DNA from: a virus
Taxonomy: Duplodnaviria; Caudoviricetes
Strand: one strand, 5' to 3'
IMG/VR virus record: IMGVR_UViG_3300021425_003554
DNA: 64,000 nt
Positions 1 through 8,985 of the stretch are shown here, piece by piece. Both the position numbers and the translations under genes were made by a program. The notes below the pieces were generated by a model. That model worked only from the letters and a program-made list of their open reading frames with translations. It did not search any database and was not told the DNA's origin. The stretch's first letter is position 1. Every line of letters starts with the position of its first letter.

Positions 1-177
1 TACATTTACTCTGACCTTGTCCAGACCTTCGTAGCCGTTCAGTTCCGTTGTGGTCACTGTGACGAAGCCACCCTCTCGGTTGCTGTGTTTTTGATAGTCC
101 TTGAACAACGGAAACACTCTACCTGATTGGTCTATGTTTCTGTAGGACCCTTCTTCTATTTTAATGTATTTCTTCAA
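1..177 (-). CDS. 5' part of a phage protein running off the window (TTG start; MKKYIKIEEGSYRN...), possibly the N-terminus of an AAA ATPase
   Basis: GGAGG SD before TTG; frame open to the window edge; ATPase call is from recalled family resemblance only. Confidence 0.45.
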   Translation of the reverse strand, partial: MKKYIKIEEGSYRNIDQSGRVFPLFKDYQKHSNREGGFVTVTTTELNGYEGLDKVRVNV

Positions 178-196
178 ATTAACCTCCCGTTTTGAT

Positions 197-352
197 TTAA
201 AGATATGTTATGTTTTTAATTGATACTCTCATTCCAGGATATCTTGCCTCACACAATGATTGAGCCATGGTCGATGATATGGCCTCGATCGTGTCAAACA
301 ACATACCTTTGGGTGAATTTATTATAAATTCTACTCTAACTTTGTTTTGCAT
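197..352 (-). CDS. small hypothetical protein (51 aa, MQNKVRVEF...)
   Basis: manual translation; GGAGG SD; directly after the promoter at 388-415. Confidence 0.65.
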   Translation of the reverse strand: MQNKVRVEFIINSPKGMLFDTIEAISSTMAQSLCEARYPGMRVSIKNITYL

Positions 353-387
353 TTTACCTCCCAATAAAAGTTTTTTTTAACTTCTTA

Positions 388-415
388 ATTATAACACAGG
401 TCTGTCTAGAGTCAA
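388..415 (-). promoter_or_regulatory. early sigma70-like promoter (GGTTGAC class)
   Basis: minus strand ggTTGACT-N16-TATAAT with TG extension. Confidence 0.7.
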
Positions 416-426
416 CCTGATGGTAA

Positions 427-972
427 TTATTCATTTTCAATAGGTTTCCAATCTTCCACATAAACTTTACCATACTCTTTCTTATCAACGATGTCATACC
501 GTACTTCTCCGTCAATGATCAACTGCTCATCCTCTATCTGCCAGGTGTCCTGGTAATCATAGACCCAACCCATGCCCGATCTACCTTCATCGTCGTTTGG
601 ATCTCCGTTGTACCATTTGTTTGAAAAATCATCCATGTCTTCATCGGTCCAATCACCATCAAAGTCAAAGTCCACGGCACAGAGATCATCTAGATCTGCT
701 CCATGACCCACAGTTGGATCACAATAGGTCTGACCGTTCTGTGGCAGTATCAAATTGGGCCAATCTAGGTTGTCCCCATCCATATAACCATAACCCCAAC
801 GATAGGTTTCTCTCACTTCCACAAATCTATGTCCTGGTTCATTCACTGGTACATTGTAGAGTTGGATCATCTGTGTGATACTTTTCTTGTTCTTGGGTGT
901 GAGCCTCACAAACACATCTTCCTTGGTGAAACCGTGTTTGAGATAATTAAATGTCTTCTGTTTGTCGTCCAT
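427..972 (-). CDS. acidic hypothetical early protein
   Basis: 181 aa ORF, D/E-rich, packed operon. Confidence 0.7.
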   Translation of the reverse strand: MDDKQKTFNYLKHGFTKEDVFVRLTPKNKKSITQMIQLYNVPVNEPGHRFVEVRETYRWGYGYMDGDNLDWPNLILPQNGQTYCDPTVGHGADLDDLCAVDFDFDGDWTDEDMDDFSNKWYNGDPNDDEGRSGMGWVYDYQDTWQIEDEQLIIDGEVRYDIVDKKEYGKVYVEDWKPIENE

Positions 973-1178
973 TATTTCACACTTCGTTTTAGGTCATCTC
1001 GATTGTTCACAAAAACTCTTACCAACCTAGAAACATCTACTGTTTCTTCTTTGAGTGTTTTTGGATTAGTGAAGATCACTCTGCTTGAATTTACTTTTAA
1101 AATTTTGTCACCTGTGTCGTCTACTACAACGGCATCGTCGGTGTTCTTTCTCCAATCGTGTGATGAATATGCTGTCAT
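972..1178 (-). CDS. hypothetical protein
   Basis: ORF with overlapping start/stop coupling. Confidence 0.65.
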   Translation of the reverse strand: MTAYSSHDWRKNTDDAVVVDDTGDKILKVNSSRVIFTNPKTLKEETVDVSRLVRVFVNNRDDLKRSVK

Positions 1179-1555
1179 TTATTTCCTTTCATGAGTGAGA
1201 TTTCTGTGGCCGCTTTTCTGCCCGACACATCATCATCGTCGGCAAATACCGGAACCTGGTTGCTCTTGTGCATGGTCGCGATACCCACTAATTTTCTTTT
1301 ACCGGAATAGGTCATGGGTTGTCTTTTACTGCCCACACCCGGAGTCATGACCGGGATCTTGTCACCGCAAGGTACTCCTTGTCTGTCCTCCAACCTTTCA
1401 GGTTCATAGTCGCCCGACGTGTCCTTGGGTTTAAGGTCATGGAGATTGTTCTTCTCTAACCATGCCCTGTGTTTGGCTCTTGCTTCTCTCAATCTTTTCG
1501 TGTTGCTCAATTTGATCCTAATCCTTTTCCGTTGTGGTATCTGAATGAATCCCAT
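1175..1555 (-). CDS. conserved-type phage hypothetical protein (LVGIATMHKSNQVPVF motif)
   Basis: ORF; motif typical of T4-like marine phages (recall). Confidence 0.7.
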   Translation of the reverse strand: MGFIQIPQRKRIRIKLSNTKRLREARAKHRAWLEKNNLHDLKPKDTSGDYEPERLEDRQGVPCGDKIPVMTPGVGSKRQPMTYSGKRKLVGIATMHKSNQVPVFADDDDVSGRKAATEISLMKGNK

Positions 1556-1565
1556 GACAAATAGA

Positions 1566-1805
1566 TTATTTCTCCTGTTCCGCGATTGCTTCTTTTAGTA
1601 GGTTGTTCATAAATGTCTTTATATTATATTCTAGATCTATATTTGAGTCAACCATACCCATCAAAGGTCTCATCTCACCTTCCGTCCATATGACCCTTTT
1701 CTGTAGGTCTTTCACGGCCACGGCCAGGTAAATCAACAAACCTAATATGGCGAGATTAATCGCCATATTAACCAATCCAGAATTTTCAGATATCTTATTC
1801 TTCAT
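1566..1805 (-). CDS. small membrane protein
   Basis: one hydrophobic helix. Confidence 0.6.
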   Translation of the reverse strand: MKNKISENSGLVNMAINLAILGLLIYLAVAVKDLQKRVIWTEGEMRPLMGMVDSNIDLEYNIKTFMNNLLKEAIAEQEK

Positions 1806-2073
1806 TGTTCTTTTTTCCTGTTGTTAGGTTACCAAAAAATTTCTTGATCGTGGCAATATTTTTTGCTGTCTGCTCCTTGCCCGATTCCCAACTTGTTTTT
1901 TGGTATTCTTTGATGTCTGTCCATTCGTTTTTGATATGTTCAGATATCTTGCCCGGTACAGCCACTACCGTGTCCGCAAATTCTTTTGTGGTCACTGTCT
2001 TGGTCTGTTCTGCCATTGCCTGTCCAGATAATGTAATCATACATATCAAAACAAGTGTCTTTATCTTTGCCAT
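1795..2073 (-). CDS. hypothetical exported protein
   Basis: signal-peptide-like N-terminus (AMA/EQ); SD present. Confidence 0.65.
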   Translation of the reverse strand: MAKIKTLVLICMITLSGQAMAEQTKTVTTKEFADTVVAVPGKISEHIKNEWTDIKEYQKTSWESGKEQTAKNIATIKKFFGNLTTGKKNNEE

Positions 2074-2074
2074 A

Positions 2075-2272
2075 TTATCCTCCTATTTGGTTTTTATAAA
2101 GTTCAAGTTCATTTGGTCTATACACCAGTTCATCGTCCGGAGACTCATATTCAGAGTACAAGTCTTTGATAACGATCTCATTGGTGTCATAATGAATTCT
2201 CAAGATTTCTCCAATTATATCTTGTTCAATATGTTTGACCATGTCTCCGATTTCAAATTTTCTGTCCGACAT
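2075..2272 (-). CDS. small SH3/KOW-like hypothetical protein
   Basis: KFEIGDMVKH...GEI pattern. Confidence 0.6.
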   Translation of the reverse strand: MSDRKFEIGDMVKHIEQDIIGEILRIHYDTNEIVIKDLYSEYESPDDELVYRPNELELYKNQIGG

Positions 2273-2700
2273 TAAAATGGTACCTCCATGTTATCTTTTT
2301 TGTCTTCGGTAGATGCCTTGTTCTCATCGACCTGCCATTCGAACTCACTCTCGGTCCAATTGGGATCATCAAAATAGATGCCGTCGGAGTCTTCGTATGG
2401 AACACACTCTGCGACTTTTTTCACCAATGGACCTCTATACTTTTTATAGTCCTGATCATCCTGATCCGACCAATCCCAATCTGTGGCATACACTTCCACG
2501 GGCTCGTCTTTGTGATAACCGTCTTTCCATTCGATCTTTTCAATACCACCTTGATCAAATACCACATCTTGAGCCTCATCCTTGTTGTCGGCCACCACAT
2601 CATATTCCACCCAGACCGAGTAGTGTTTTCTCACTCTGAATTTCTGTTTGCCGATGTCCTTGTGTGGATTATCTTTTGAATATACTTGTCTCTCTGACAT
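2272..2700 (-). CDS. acidic hypothetical protein
   Basis: ORF in operon; VEYDVVADNKDEA motif resembles 10348-10518. Confidence 0.7.
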   Translation of the reverse strand: MSERQVYSKDNPHKDIGKQKFRVRKHYSVWVEYDVVADNKDEAQDVVFDQGGIEKIEWKDGYHKDEPVEVYATDWDWSDQDDQDYKKYRGPLVKKVAECVPYEDSDGIYFDDPNWTESEFEWQVDENKASTEDKKDNMEVPF

Positions 2701-2701
2701 A

Positions 2702-2959
2702 TTATTTTCCTCCCTTTTTCAATTTATTGATAATATCCTTCTGTTCCATATCATAACTCATTGAATACCAGTGCCATAACATACCGATTGGAACCAGCAA
2801 TCCAACGAGTGGTAAGAACAAATCTCTCACATCAAAGTAGATCAAGACCTTGATCAACAGTATCATTGCCAACACCAGTCCTGCTCCCTTCAATAACCAT
2901 TTAAAATTTTTCTTACCGTCTTTGTAGATTTCTCGAACTATCCAATTTAATCTATTCAT
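2702..2959 (-). CDS. 2-TM membrane protein
   Basis: two hydrophobic segments. Confidence 0.6.
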   Translation of the reverse strand: MNRLNWIVREIYKDGKKNFKWLLKGAGLVLAMILLIKVLIYFDVRDLFLPLVGLLVPIGMLWHWYSMSYDMEQKDIINKLKKGGK

Positions 2960-2960
2960 A

Positions 2961-3323
2961 TTATCTGCCCTCTATCGCATCGTTTTCCAGGTCCATCAAT
3001 ATTTCTGCTTCTGCCTCTTCCTGTTCTGTCAATTTGATTTCTTCTTCCTCGTCCTGGTCCTCGTCCTCGTGTATGAACACAGGAGCCTCTCTGTCTGCTG
3101 GAACGAAATCAAAACAGAATTCGTCGCCTAGGGCATACATATTCACGCCACCTGCTGGGTTGATATTGTCCTTGTAAAAAGTTCTGATAACTCTGTGGAA
3201 ATGATCAAACTTTTCCGGTTGTACCAATGTCACATATAAAGTTCCATGAACCATTTCGTGTCTTTCTGTTAGACCTGTTAATCTTGTAAAGTCTAAAATT
3301 CTTTTTTCTATTGAGTTTAACAT
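2961..3323 (-). CDS. hypothetical early protein, acidic C-terminus
   Basis: GGAGG SD; first gene after the promoter at 3359-3386. Confidence 0.7.
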   Translation of the reverse strand: MLNSIEKRILDFTRLTGLTERHEMVHGTLYVTLVQPEKFDHFHRVIRTFYKDNINPAGGVNMYALGDEFCFDFVPADREAPVFIHEDEDQDEEEEIKLTEQEEAEAEILMDLENDAIEGR

Positions 3324-3358
3324 TTTAACACCTCCTATATTAATTAAATGTATAATTC

Positions 3359-3386
3359 AGTATAGCATGGAACGAATATGCGTCAA
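3359..3386 (-). promoter_or_regulatory. early promoter (GGTTGAC class)
   Basis: ggTTGACG-N16-TATACT with TG extension. Confidence 0.75.
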
Positions 3387-3454
3387 CCACCTAAAAGTTT
3401 CCATTTTATGCGACTTTTTAGTCAGATCAACTATTTTTTTCACAATATCTTGTG

Positions 3455-3676
3455 TCATTTTCTTTTTTTGGTATATTTTTCAGGATTGGTGTAGGGTTCT
3501 ATCATTTTATCAAACTGATCTTTGGTAATCATCTCCAACTCCACTGCGTCGGCTCCATCCTTGTAGAGTTGTTTCACATCATCCATTACCATCTTATATG
3601 GAAAATATCCCCAATGACGGATATCAATTTTCTTGCCTTTGGTTATCTTGACCTTGTAGAAACAATCATCCTTCAT
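3455..3676 (-). CDS. hypothetical protein
   Basis: ORF coupled to the upstream gene. Confidence 0.6.
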   Translation of the reverse strand: MKDDCFYKVKITKGKKIDIRHWGYFPYKMVMDDVKQLYKDGADAVELEMITKDQFDKMIEPYTNPEKYTKKRK

Positions 3677-4014
3677 CGGTCTGTTTTCTTTTCAGAGAAA
3701 TCATACAACGGAATCCACTTCTTACACACGGTCTCAACCCCGCCATCCAGTAGTCGTTTCAATTTACAGTCATAACCGGTTATGGAAGACAGGAACATAT
3801 CATCTGTGGTTTTTTTATCCTTTGATGCCAAACCTATATCAACGGCACTCTTCACATAGGATACAGATTTATAAGATTCATACCCCGCCGTTCCCGAGCC
3901 TATGAACCCGCCAATGGATCCACAGGCCGTCATGAAAGATAATGAGATTATTAATGAGATCCTAGTAATATTTCTCATAATATTCTGTATCGATCGCCTC
4001 ACCGTTCTCGTCAT
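3673..4014 (-). CDS. putative lipoprotein
   Basis: lipobox-like MTAC-G after a hydrophobic stretch. Confidence 0.5.
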   Translation of the reverse strand: MTRTVRRSIQNIMRNITRISLIISLSFMTACGSIGGFIGSGTAGYESYKSVSYVKSAVDIGLASKDKKTTDDMFLSSITGYDCKLKRLLDGGVETVCKKWIPLYDFSEKKTDR

Positions 4015-4180
4015 ACTCTACATCGTCATCGTCTTGATGCATACCTGTTCTTGGTGCCTTACATCTAGGACACTTGGTCTTCTCTCCATCGATGTCGTCC
4101 ATATTACATTCGCCACATATCCAAGGCTTCTCTGCCTCATCACTCTCTGCGTCAAACATAAAATCATATAAGTCGTCCAT
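3962..4180 (-). CDS. small zinc-finger protein
   Basis: WICGEC...KCPRCKAPR (RanBP2-like C4). Confidence 0.6.
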   Translation of the reverse strand: MDDLYDFMFDAESDEAEKPWICGECNMDDIDGEKTKCPRCKAPRTGMHQDDDDVEYDENGEAIDTEYYEKYY

Positions 4181-4477
4181 ATTTCTCTCCTTTGTTGATT
4201 GTTAGACTTTTATACAAATTCTTAACCATACCTCCACCATAACCATATCATAGCGATAACGGCAATGGTCAGATATTGCCATAAAGTTGGTTCCGTTGAT
4301 ACTTCTATCATCTGTTCTCCTTTCAGTCATCTGTCAATTTAAAATAATTTTATCAAGATTATAACCTGTATCACAAGGATGAAGAATGGTACGATCGTTC
4401 TAATCAATTCCATTGTGTGATTGTATTCATCCAACTTCCTCTCAAATTTATTTCTTTTCTTTTTTCTCATATTCCTC

Positions 4478-5050
4478 CTATTCCGGTTTCATAAATGTGT
4501 GATTGCCTATCACTTCTATCAATTCAAATTCTTTGGCCCAATGTGGATACACAAGGTTATGGTTATAATAGTATGTGGCTCCTTGAGTGTTATCATATAG
4601 ATGTCCTGATATGGTGTCCAGAGCAATATGCACCGAATCTCTCCATGCTGTCATATTGGCTTCTATGGTCGTGCCATCCATATATTGGATCCAAATAGTG
4701 TCCTTCTCTCCATCACACCACCATGAAAATTGGCATCTGTGTTTCCTAGGAATATACACTCTGTCTTCTTTAGACAATGTGGGATCCTTCTTTGTCTTCC
4801 AACTTTCTCTCACTGGACCTTCCTTGACCACTTCACAATATGTGTTGGGGTGTGCCTCACTCTTAACTCTATTACGGGTCACATTGGCCACCGCCTGTTT
4901 GCCTGAATGCGATTCTGCTCTGGCTTCGAAATATATGTTCTGCGATAGACACCATAATTCTTTTTGATCAATCTGGATATGGTTGTCTGCCCCAAACTGG
5001 GTCATTAGACTGATCATCAGTGCCATTGCCGCTTCGTTGATTATATTCAT
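4478..5050 (-). CDS. cell wall hydrolase, SleB/Hydrolase_2 family
   Basis: CLSQNIYFEARAE...AVANVTRNRV, CQFSWWCDG, GATYY, IGNHTF motifs; start moved to MNIINE. Confidence 0.9.
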   Translation of the reverse strand: MNIINEAAMALMISLMTQFGADNHIQIDQKELWCLSQNIYFEARAESHSGKQAVANVTRNRVKSEAHPNTYCEVVKEGPVRESWKTKKDPTLSKEDRVYIPRKHRCQFSWWCDGEKDTIWIQYMDGTTIEANMTAWRDSVHIALDTISGHLYDNTQGATYYYNHNLVYPHWAKEFELIEVIGNHTFMKPE

Positions 5051-5211
5051 TTCATATCCTTCCAATCCATAGTAGGATCTGTGTCTAATTTTGTAATATC
5101 AGTCACAGTATAATCCGGAAATCTAGAAACGATATCCTCGCCTGTGTCTGAATAGACATGAGTTGTAATAGTTCTATCTGTCATCTTCAATGTAAAACTC
5201 CATGCCTGCAT
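5047..5211 (-). CDS. small hypothetical protein (54 aa, MQAWSFTLK...)
   Basis: manual translation; fills the gap with overlapping start/stop codons. Confidence 0.55.
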   Translation of the reverse strand: MQAWSFTLKMTDRTITTHVYSDTGEDIVSRFPDYTVTDITKLDTDPTMDWKDMK

Positions 5212-5534
5212 TATTCGTCCTTTGCCAGAGCATCTGCCATATGGTCTGCTCTGCCCTGTTCGTATTCGTCGTTTTCGTCATTGTTAAAATAGTCTTCCCA
5301 AAACTCATCTGTCTCTTTCTCCCTTAACAGGTTTGAGTGTAATTGGCTCTCCTCGTCGATCAAGCCCAGCTCTCTGAAATCATGGAGCATATCTTCAAAT
5401 GGTATTTGGTCATTGCTATTCCATCTGACCACGCCTTCATGATCAATATGGGCACCTGTGTGACCGTTGGTACCAAACCAGTTGTCTCTGATCTGGTCTT
5501 CGTTGTATCTACAATCGTTGATCAATTTAACCAT
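5211..5534 (-). CDS. acidic hypothetical protein
   Basis: ORF; start moved to MVKLIND after a GGAGG SD. Confidence 0.65.
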   Translation of the reverse strand: MVKLINDCRYNEDQIRDNWFGTNGHTGAHIDHEGVVRWNSNDQIPFEDMLHDFRELGLIDEESQLHSNLLREKETDEFWEDYFNNDENDEYEQGRADHMADALAKDE

Positions 5535-5914
5535 TAAGCCACCTCCTTTAAAAGTTCTGTAGCCGGTTCCCAATCAATACCGTTGTCTGAATATTGCCAA
5601 GTACCCTTCATGAATAAAAATAAATGACCGATGTGTTTTCTCATTTCTTCCTTGTTCCAAGAAAGATTAGATTCAATAACATCACCAAATCCATCCACAT
5701 ACCAATAATCATCTTTTCGGAAAGTTGGCATCAGAGTAGGTGAGTCCACCGCTTTCATGGCATCTTCTTTAGTTGGATATTTGTTCAAAAGTATTTGAGC
5801 CATAGCCGTATAACTTACATTCCAACCTGTTTCGATGGCAACCACATTTGACGAAGCGTCAATGTATCCTACCATGATACCGTGTTTATTTGTATAATCA
5901 ATTTTGTTTAACAT
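5534..5914 (-). CDS. hypothetical early protein, possible distant paralog of 7424-7942
   Basis: GGAGG SD; first gene after the promoter. Confidence 0.65.
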   Translation of the reverse strand: MLNKIDYTNKHGIMVGYIDASSNVVAIETGWNVSYTAMAQILLNKYPTKEDAMKAVDSPTLMPTFRKDDYWYVDGFGDVIESNLSWNKEEMRKHIGHLFLFMKGTWQYSDNGIDWEPATELLKEVA

Positions 5915-5935
5915 TTTTTACACCTCCTGTTTAAA

Positions 5936-6045
5936 TGTATAATTCAGTATAACACGGAACCAAATACGGTCAACCTGGTGATCTTGCTAAAAGATACTAT
6001 ATCTAGTGCCACCCTTCCGAGCTCGATACTACATCTAGTATCTTT
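5936..6045. repeat. copy 1 of ~110-bp duplicated promoter + tandem palindrome element
   Basis: near-identical to 8351-8460; contains a promoter at 5946-5973 and GATACTA-N4-TAGT boxes at 5993 and 6025. Confidence 0.85.
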
Positions 6046-6070
6046 CTAAAAAACCTATATTTTTTGGAAA

Positions 6071-6301
6071 TTATTTGGTGATTTTTTTGTAGATCGAATG
6101 TAATACATAAAACCAAACACCGTTGATCGCGGGTTCTATCAAGGCCACTGCTCCCGACTGCCATAGACTGGCTCCGGTCATCACACTTACCACAATCATG
6201 GCGATGCAGATGTGTCCTATGGTGTAAATGATCGCCAACATAAGGCTGGATCCCTGTAGGAGTCGTTTCAGAAAATTAAATGCGCCTTCGTTTATTTCCA
6301 T
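6071..6301 (-). CDS. DUF2061-like small membrane protein
   Basis: GHICIA...MTGA...ALIEPAINGVWFYVLH pattern. Confidence 0.65.
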   Translation of the reverse strand: MEINEGAFNFLKRLLQGSSLMLAIIYTIGHICIAMIVVSVMTGASLWQSGAVALIEPAINGVWFYVLHSIYKKITK

Positions 6302-6521
6302 ATCAATCTATAATTAGCAACCAGCAAGGTGAGGTGTAAAGTATGAATCCTTGCTGGTTGTATTCCCTACGGAATTCTTTAATCCTTTTCCTCCCACCAA
6401 AGTTTTTCTGATTTTTTCTCTTCATCATTGAAATATTTTGGTAAAATTTTGAGAGCGAGGTAAAAACCCCCCACGGTCAATATCATGCCCAAGGCGAACA
6501 ATCCAAATCCTGCTTCTACCG

Positions 6522-6755
6522 TCATTGTTCTAGATACACTCCGTTCTCCTCCAATGCTTTCTCAATGATGCCCCTGTCTTTGTAGGTCCAAACCTCGAAA
6601 CCGGCCGAGTTCATCTCGTCACCGTCCACCACACAATCAATACCTTCTCCTGATAGGATTGATTTTATGCTCGGAACAATGCTCCTGTCCTCATCCAGAT
6701 CCCAACTTCCTATGTCAGCGACTTGGAAATAATGTTTTTTAGTTTTATCAGTCAT
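6522..6755 (-). CDS. hypothetical protein
   Basis: ORF; start moved to MTDKTKK. Confidence 0.6.
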   Translation of the reverse strand: MTDKTKKHYFQVADIGSWDLDEDRSIVPSIKSILSGEGIDCVVDGDEMNSAGFEVWTYKDRGIIEKALEENGVYLEQ

Positions 6756-6756
6756 T

Positions 6757-6954
6757 TTATTTTCCAACCATCTTTTTGAAATTTTGATTGATAAGATGAT
6801 GATCTCTAGCATCGGCCACCGTCTCCGGTTTTGGGGTGTCGTGGTCTATCAATTGGTTGATCATATCGATCGCCAGATCATTGTTCCCATCCTGGATACT
6901 TTCTTTTATGGCAGTCAATACCTGCAACTTATCGGTCATTCCGTTTATGTTCAT
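6757..6954 (-). CDS. hypothetical protein
   Basis: ORF, GGAGG SD. Confidence 0.6.
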   Translation of the reverse strand: MNINGMTDKLQVLTAIKESIQDGNNDLAIDMINQLIDHDTPKPETVADARDHHLINQNFKKMVGK

Positions 6955-7184
6955 TATGCCTCCTCCTTCACTAAACCTAAGTCATAAAGCCTATCGGCTA
7001 TCCACACTTGGGGATCTCCGTCTCTGGCTTTGGCTGTACCATATGGCATCTCTCCTGATCCCACATAGTAATCATATAAATCATCATACAACGGTCCTCC
7101 CACATCGGCTAGATCGTCTAGATCTCCGCCCAGAGCATCGTGTTTGATCAATATGTTTTTCACTTCATCGTATTCACTTGTCAT
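6954..7184 (-). CDS. hypothetical protein (GEMPYGTAKARDGDP motif)
   Basis: ORF in operon. Confidence 0.7.
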   Translation of the reverse strand: MTSEYDEVKNILIKHDALGGDLDDLADVGGPLYDDLYDYYVGSGEMPYGTAKARDGDPQVWIADRLYDLGLVKEEA

Positions 7185-7424
7185 CTATGCTACCTCCCTT
7201 TCTAAATGATTTATGGGTCTACCATACTTTGTGAAAAGATAATCATTGGCTTGGCAATGTTCATCAATTTCAATATCAGTCATATCTGAAAAATAACGGA
7301 ACTCAAATTCTCCTTTGTCATTCTCCACTTCGATGGGTACTTCATCCAACCAAATCCTCACAGAAGCCTTGCCTGCTTCATCCAAATCATTGTAATCGTA
7401 TGCCTCAATCTTGATTATTTTCAT
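7185..7424 (-). CDS. hypothetical protein
   Basis: ORF in operon. Confidence 0.65.
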   Translation of the reverse strand: MKIIKIEAYDYNDLDEAGKASVRIWLDEVPIEVENDKGEFEFRYFSDMTDIEIDEHCQANDYLFTKYGRPINHLEREVA

Positions 7425-7942
7425 TATGCCACCTTCCTTTCCTTCTTGTCATTGAGATATCTCTGTAGGCTCTCGATGTGTTCCTGGATGGCCTTTTCTT
7501 CCACAGGATTGAAACCCGCGGCATCTGAATAATGGGCATAGAACCAAGTCATACAAGGTTTGCCCAAGAAATCCTTCTCGCCCGCATCCTTCATTAGGTA
7601 GATGTATTCCTCACCAGAGTTGAATCCATCTTTGAGATACTCTGCTTCATTTTTGAATATCCTAGGGCCTTGATCCCGCTCACCTCGGTCTCTCATATAA
7701 TAACAATTCATATGCTCAAAGTCCGATCCAAACCTTGCCTTGTCGAAGTCGTGCTTCTCACCTATTGTGACGCCCCACTTGGATGAATTGCCCAGTTTGA
7801 TCGCCTTTAATACCTTTTTGGAATCTGTCCAGTTTTCACATAGGTTGTAGCCTAGACCCGAAAGGTATCCATCCCAATGTTGATATGCGGAAATGATTGT
7901 TCCGTTTTTTTGTTTTATTCCTATTCTTGCTCTTGTTGCCAT
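7424..7942 (-). CDS. widespread phage early protein of the M-TR-IGI...Y-HWDGY family
   Basis: MATRARIGI...AYQHWDGYLSGLG...EEYIYL motif. Confidence 0.75.
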   Translation of the reverse strand: MATRARIGIKQKNGTIISAYQHWDGYLSGLGYNLCENWTDSKKVLKAIKLGNSSKWGVTIGEKHDFDKARFGSDFEHMNCYYMRDRGERDQGPRIFKNEAEYLKDGFNSGEEYIYLMKDAGEKDFLGKPCMTWFYAHYSDAAGFNPVEEKAIQEHIESLQRYLNDKKERKVA

Positions 7943-8016
7943 TATGCCACCATCCCTTCTTTTAGTTTGTCGTTGATTTTCATATATGCTCTAACAGTTT
8001 CAAATTTTGGTTCTTT

Positions 8017-8334
8017 TTACAATTGATTGATTGCCACCAACTCTGCTTCTGCCTTGTGATATGCTCTTTCATTGTCGATAGTTTTTTTAATATCGTTTAG
8101 GTAATATGATCTATCTGATGAACCAAAACCTTCCTCTTCTGGCCAATCGTTCAAAGACCAAAGACATTCATTGGCAACTCCTAACTCGTGTCTAGTTTTA
8201 ACCCAACCTTCTCTAACGGCACTGATCATCAATGATCGAACTAGATCTGTTTCACCTGTATAATTTTCAATTATTTCATTTTCTAACTCTGATTGAGTAA
8301 GATTTTTGGTATAGTGTTCACATTTTTTATACAT
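8017..8334 (-). CDS. hypothetical early protein
   Basis: start moved to MYKKC after the GGAG SD downstream of the promoter. Confidence 0.65.
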   Translation of the reverse strand: MYKKCEHYTKNLTQSELENEIIENYTGETDLVRSLMISAVREGWVKTRHELGVANECLWSLNDWPEEEGFGSSDRSYYLNDIKKTIDNERAYHKAEAELVAINQL

Positions 8335-8350
8335 TTTCACCTCTCCTTTG

Positions 8351-8460
8351 TTCATAATTCAGTATAGCATGGATGGTAATAGCGTCAACCTGGTGATCTT
8401 GCTAAAAGATACTATATCTAGTGCCACTCCTTCGAGCTCGATACTACATCTAGTATCTTT
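8351..8460. repeat. copy 2 of ~110-bp duplicated promoter + tandem palindrome element
   Basis: promoter at 8361-8388; boxes at 8408 and 8440. Confidence 0.85.
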
Positions 8461-8489
8461 TAAAAAAATCATATTTTCTAAGGGTTTTT

Positions 8490-8708
8490 TCATCCAAATA
8501 TCAAACCTGCCACATAGATCAGAGTTAGACCAGCATTCAGAACGATCAAAGAGTTCTCTCTCCAAAGTATGCCTATTACCACCCATATGCCATTTGCCAC
8601 ACAGAACAGATACACATACCAAGGATACAAGTTGAATGCCGCCAGTGTGGCCGCCATGATCAGTATGACTGTCCCAGTCCATGCCAAGGGTTGGTAAGGT
8701 TTAATCAT
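8490..8708 (-). CDS. small 3-TM membrane protein (DUF6552/PQ-loop-like)
   Basis: W..T...; N.IW...G..WRE.SLIVLN pattern shared with 59928 and 61415. Confidence 0.65.
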   Translation of the reverse strand: MIKPYQPLAWTGTVILIMAATLAAFNLYPWYVYLFCVANGIWVVIGILWRENSLIVLNAGLTLIYVAGLIFG

Positions 8709-8985
8709 TGGTTCTTTCATATAAAGTAAATCTATCTGCGAATTTTTTGTGGCAATATGCCGACGGTCTCGAATAAACACATACCCTACCCTCTTCTATG
8801 AATACCGATGATCCACGGTACTTTTTTCTGATCTTAACAACCTTTGCCAGTCTACTCGCCATGTAATGATTATACCAATTGTTAGGTATGTCTTTGGCAA
8901 AAGCCGATTCAGACTCTGGTGCCTTGTATTGTTTCAACCATACCTGTATATCTACGGGCAGACAAAATTTAACTAAACTGTCCAT
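8701..8985 (-). CDS. hypothetical protein
   Basis: ORF coupled to its neighbours. Confidence 0.6.
   Translation of the reverse strand: MDSLVKFCLPVDIQVWLKQYKAPESESAFAKDIPNNWYNHYMASRLAKVVKIRKKYRGSSVFIEEGRVCVYSRPSAYCHKKFADRFTLYERTND

Noticed and set aside
8348-8635. Plus-strand ORF whose N-terminus (MFIIQYSMDGNSVNL) is identical to that of ORF 11463
   Set aside because: Both N-termini are antisense read-throughs of the duplicated promoter. 8348 overlaps a real minus-strand gene, and the real start of 11463 is 11577.
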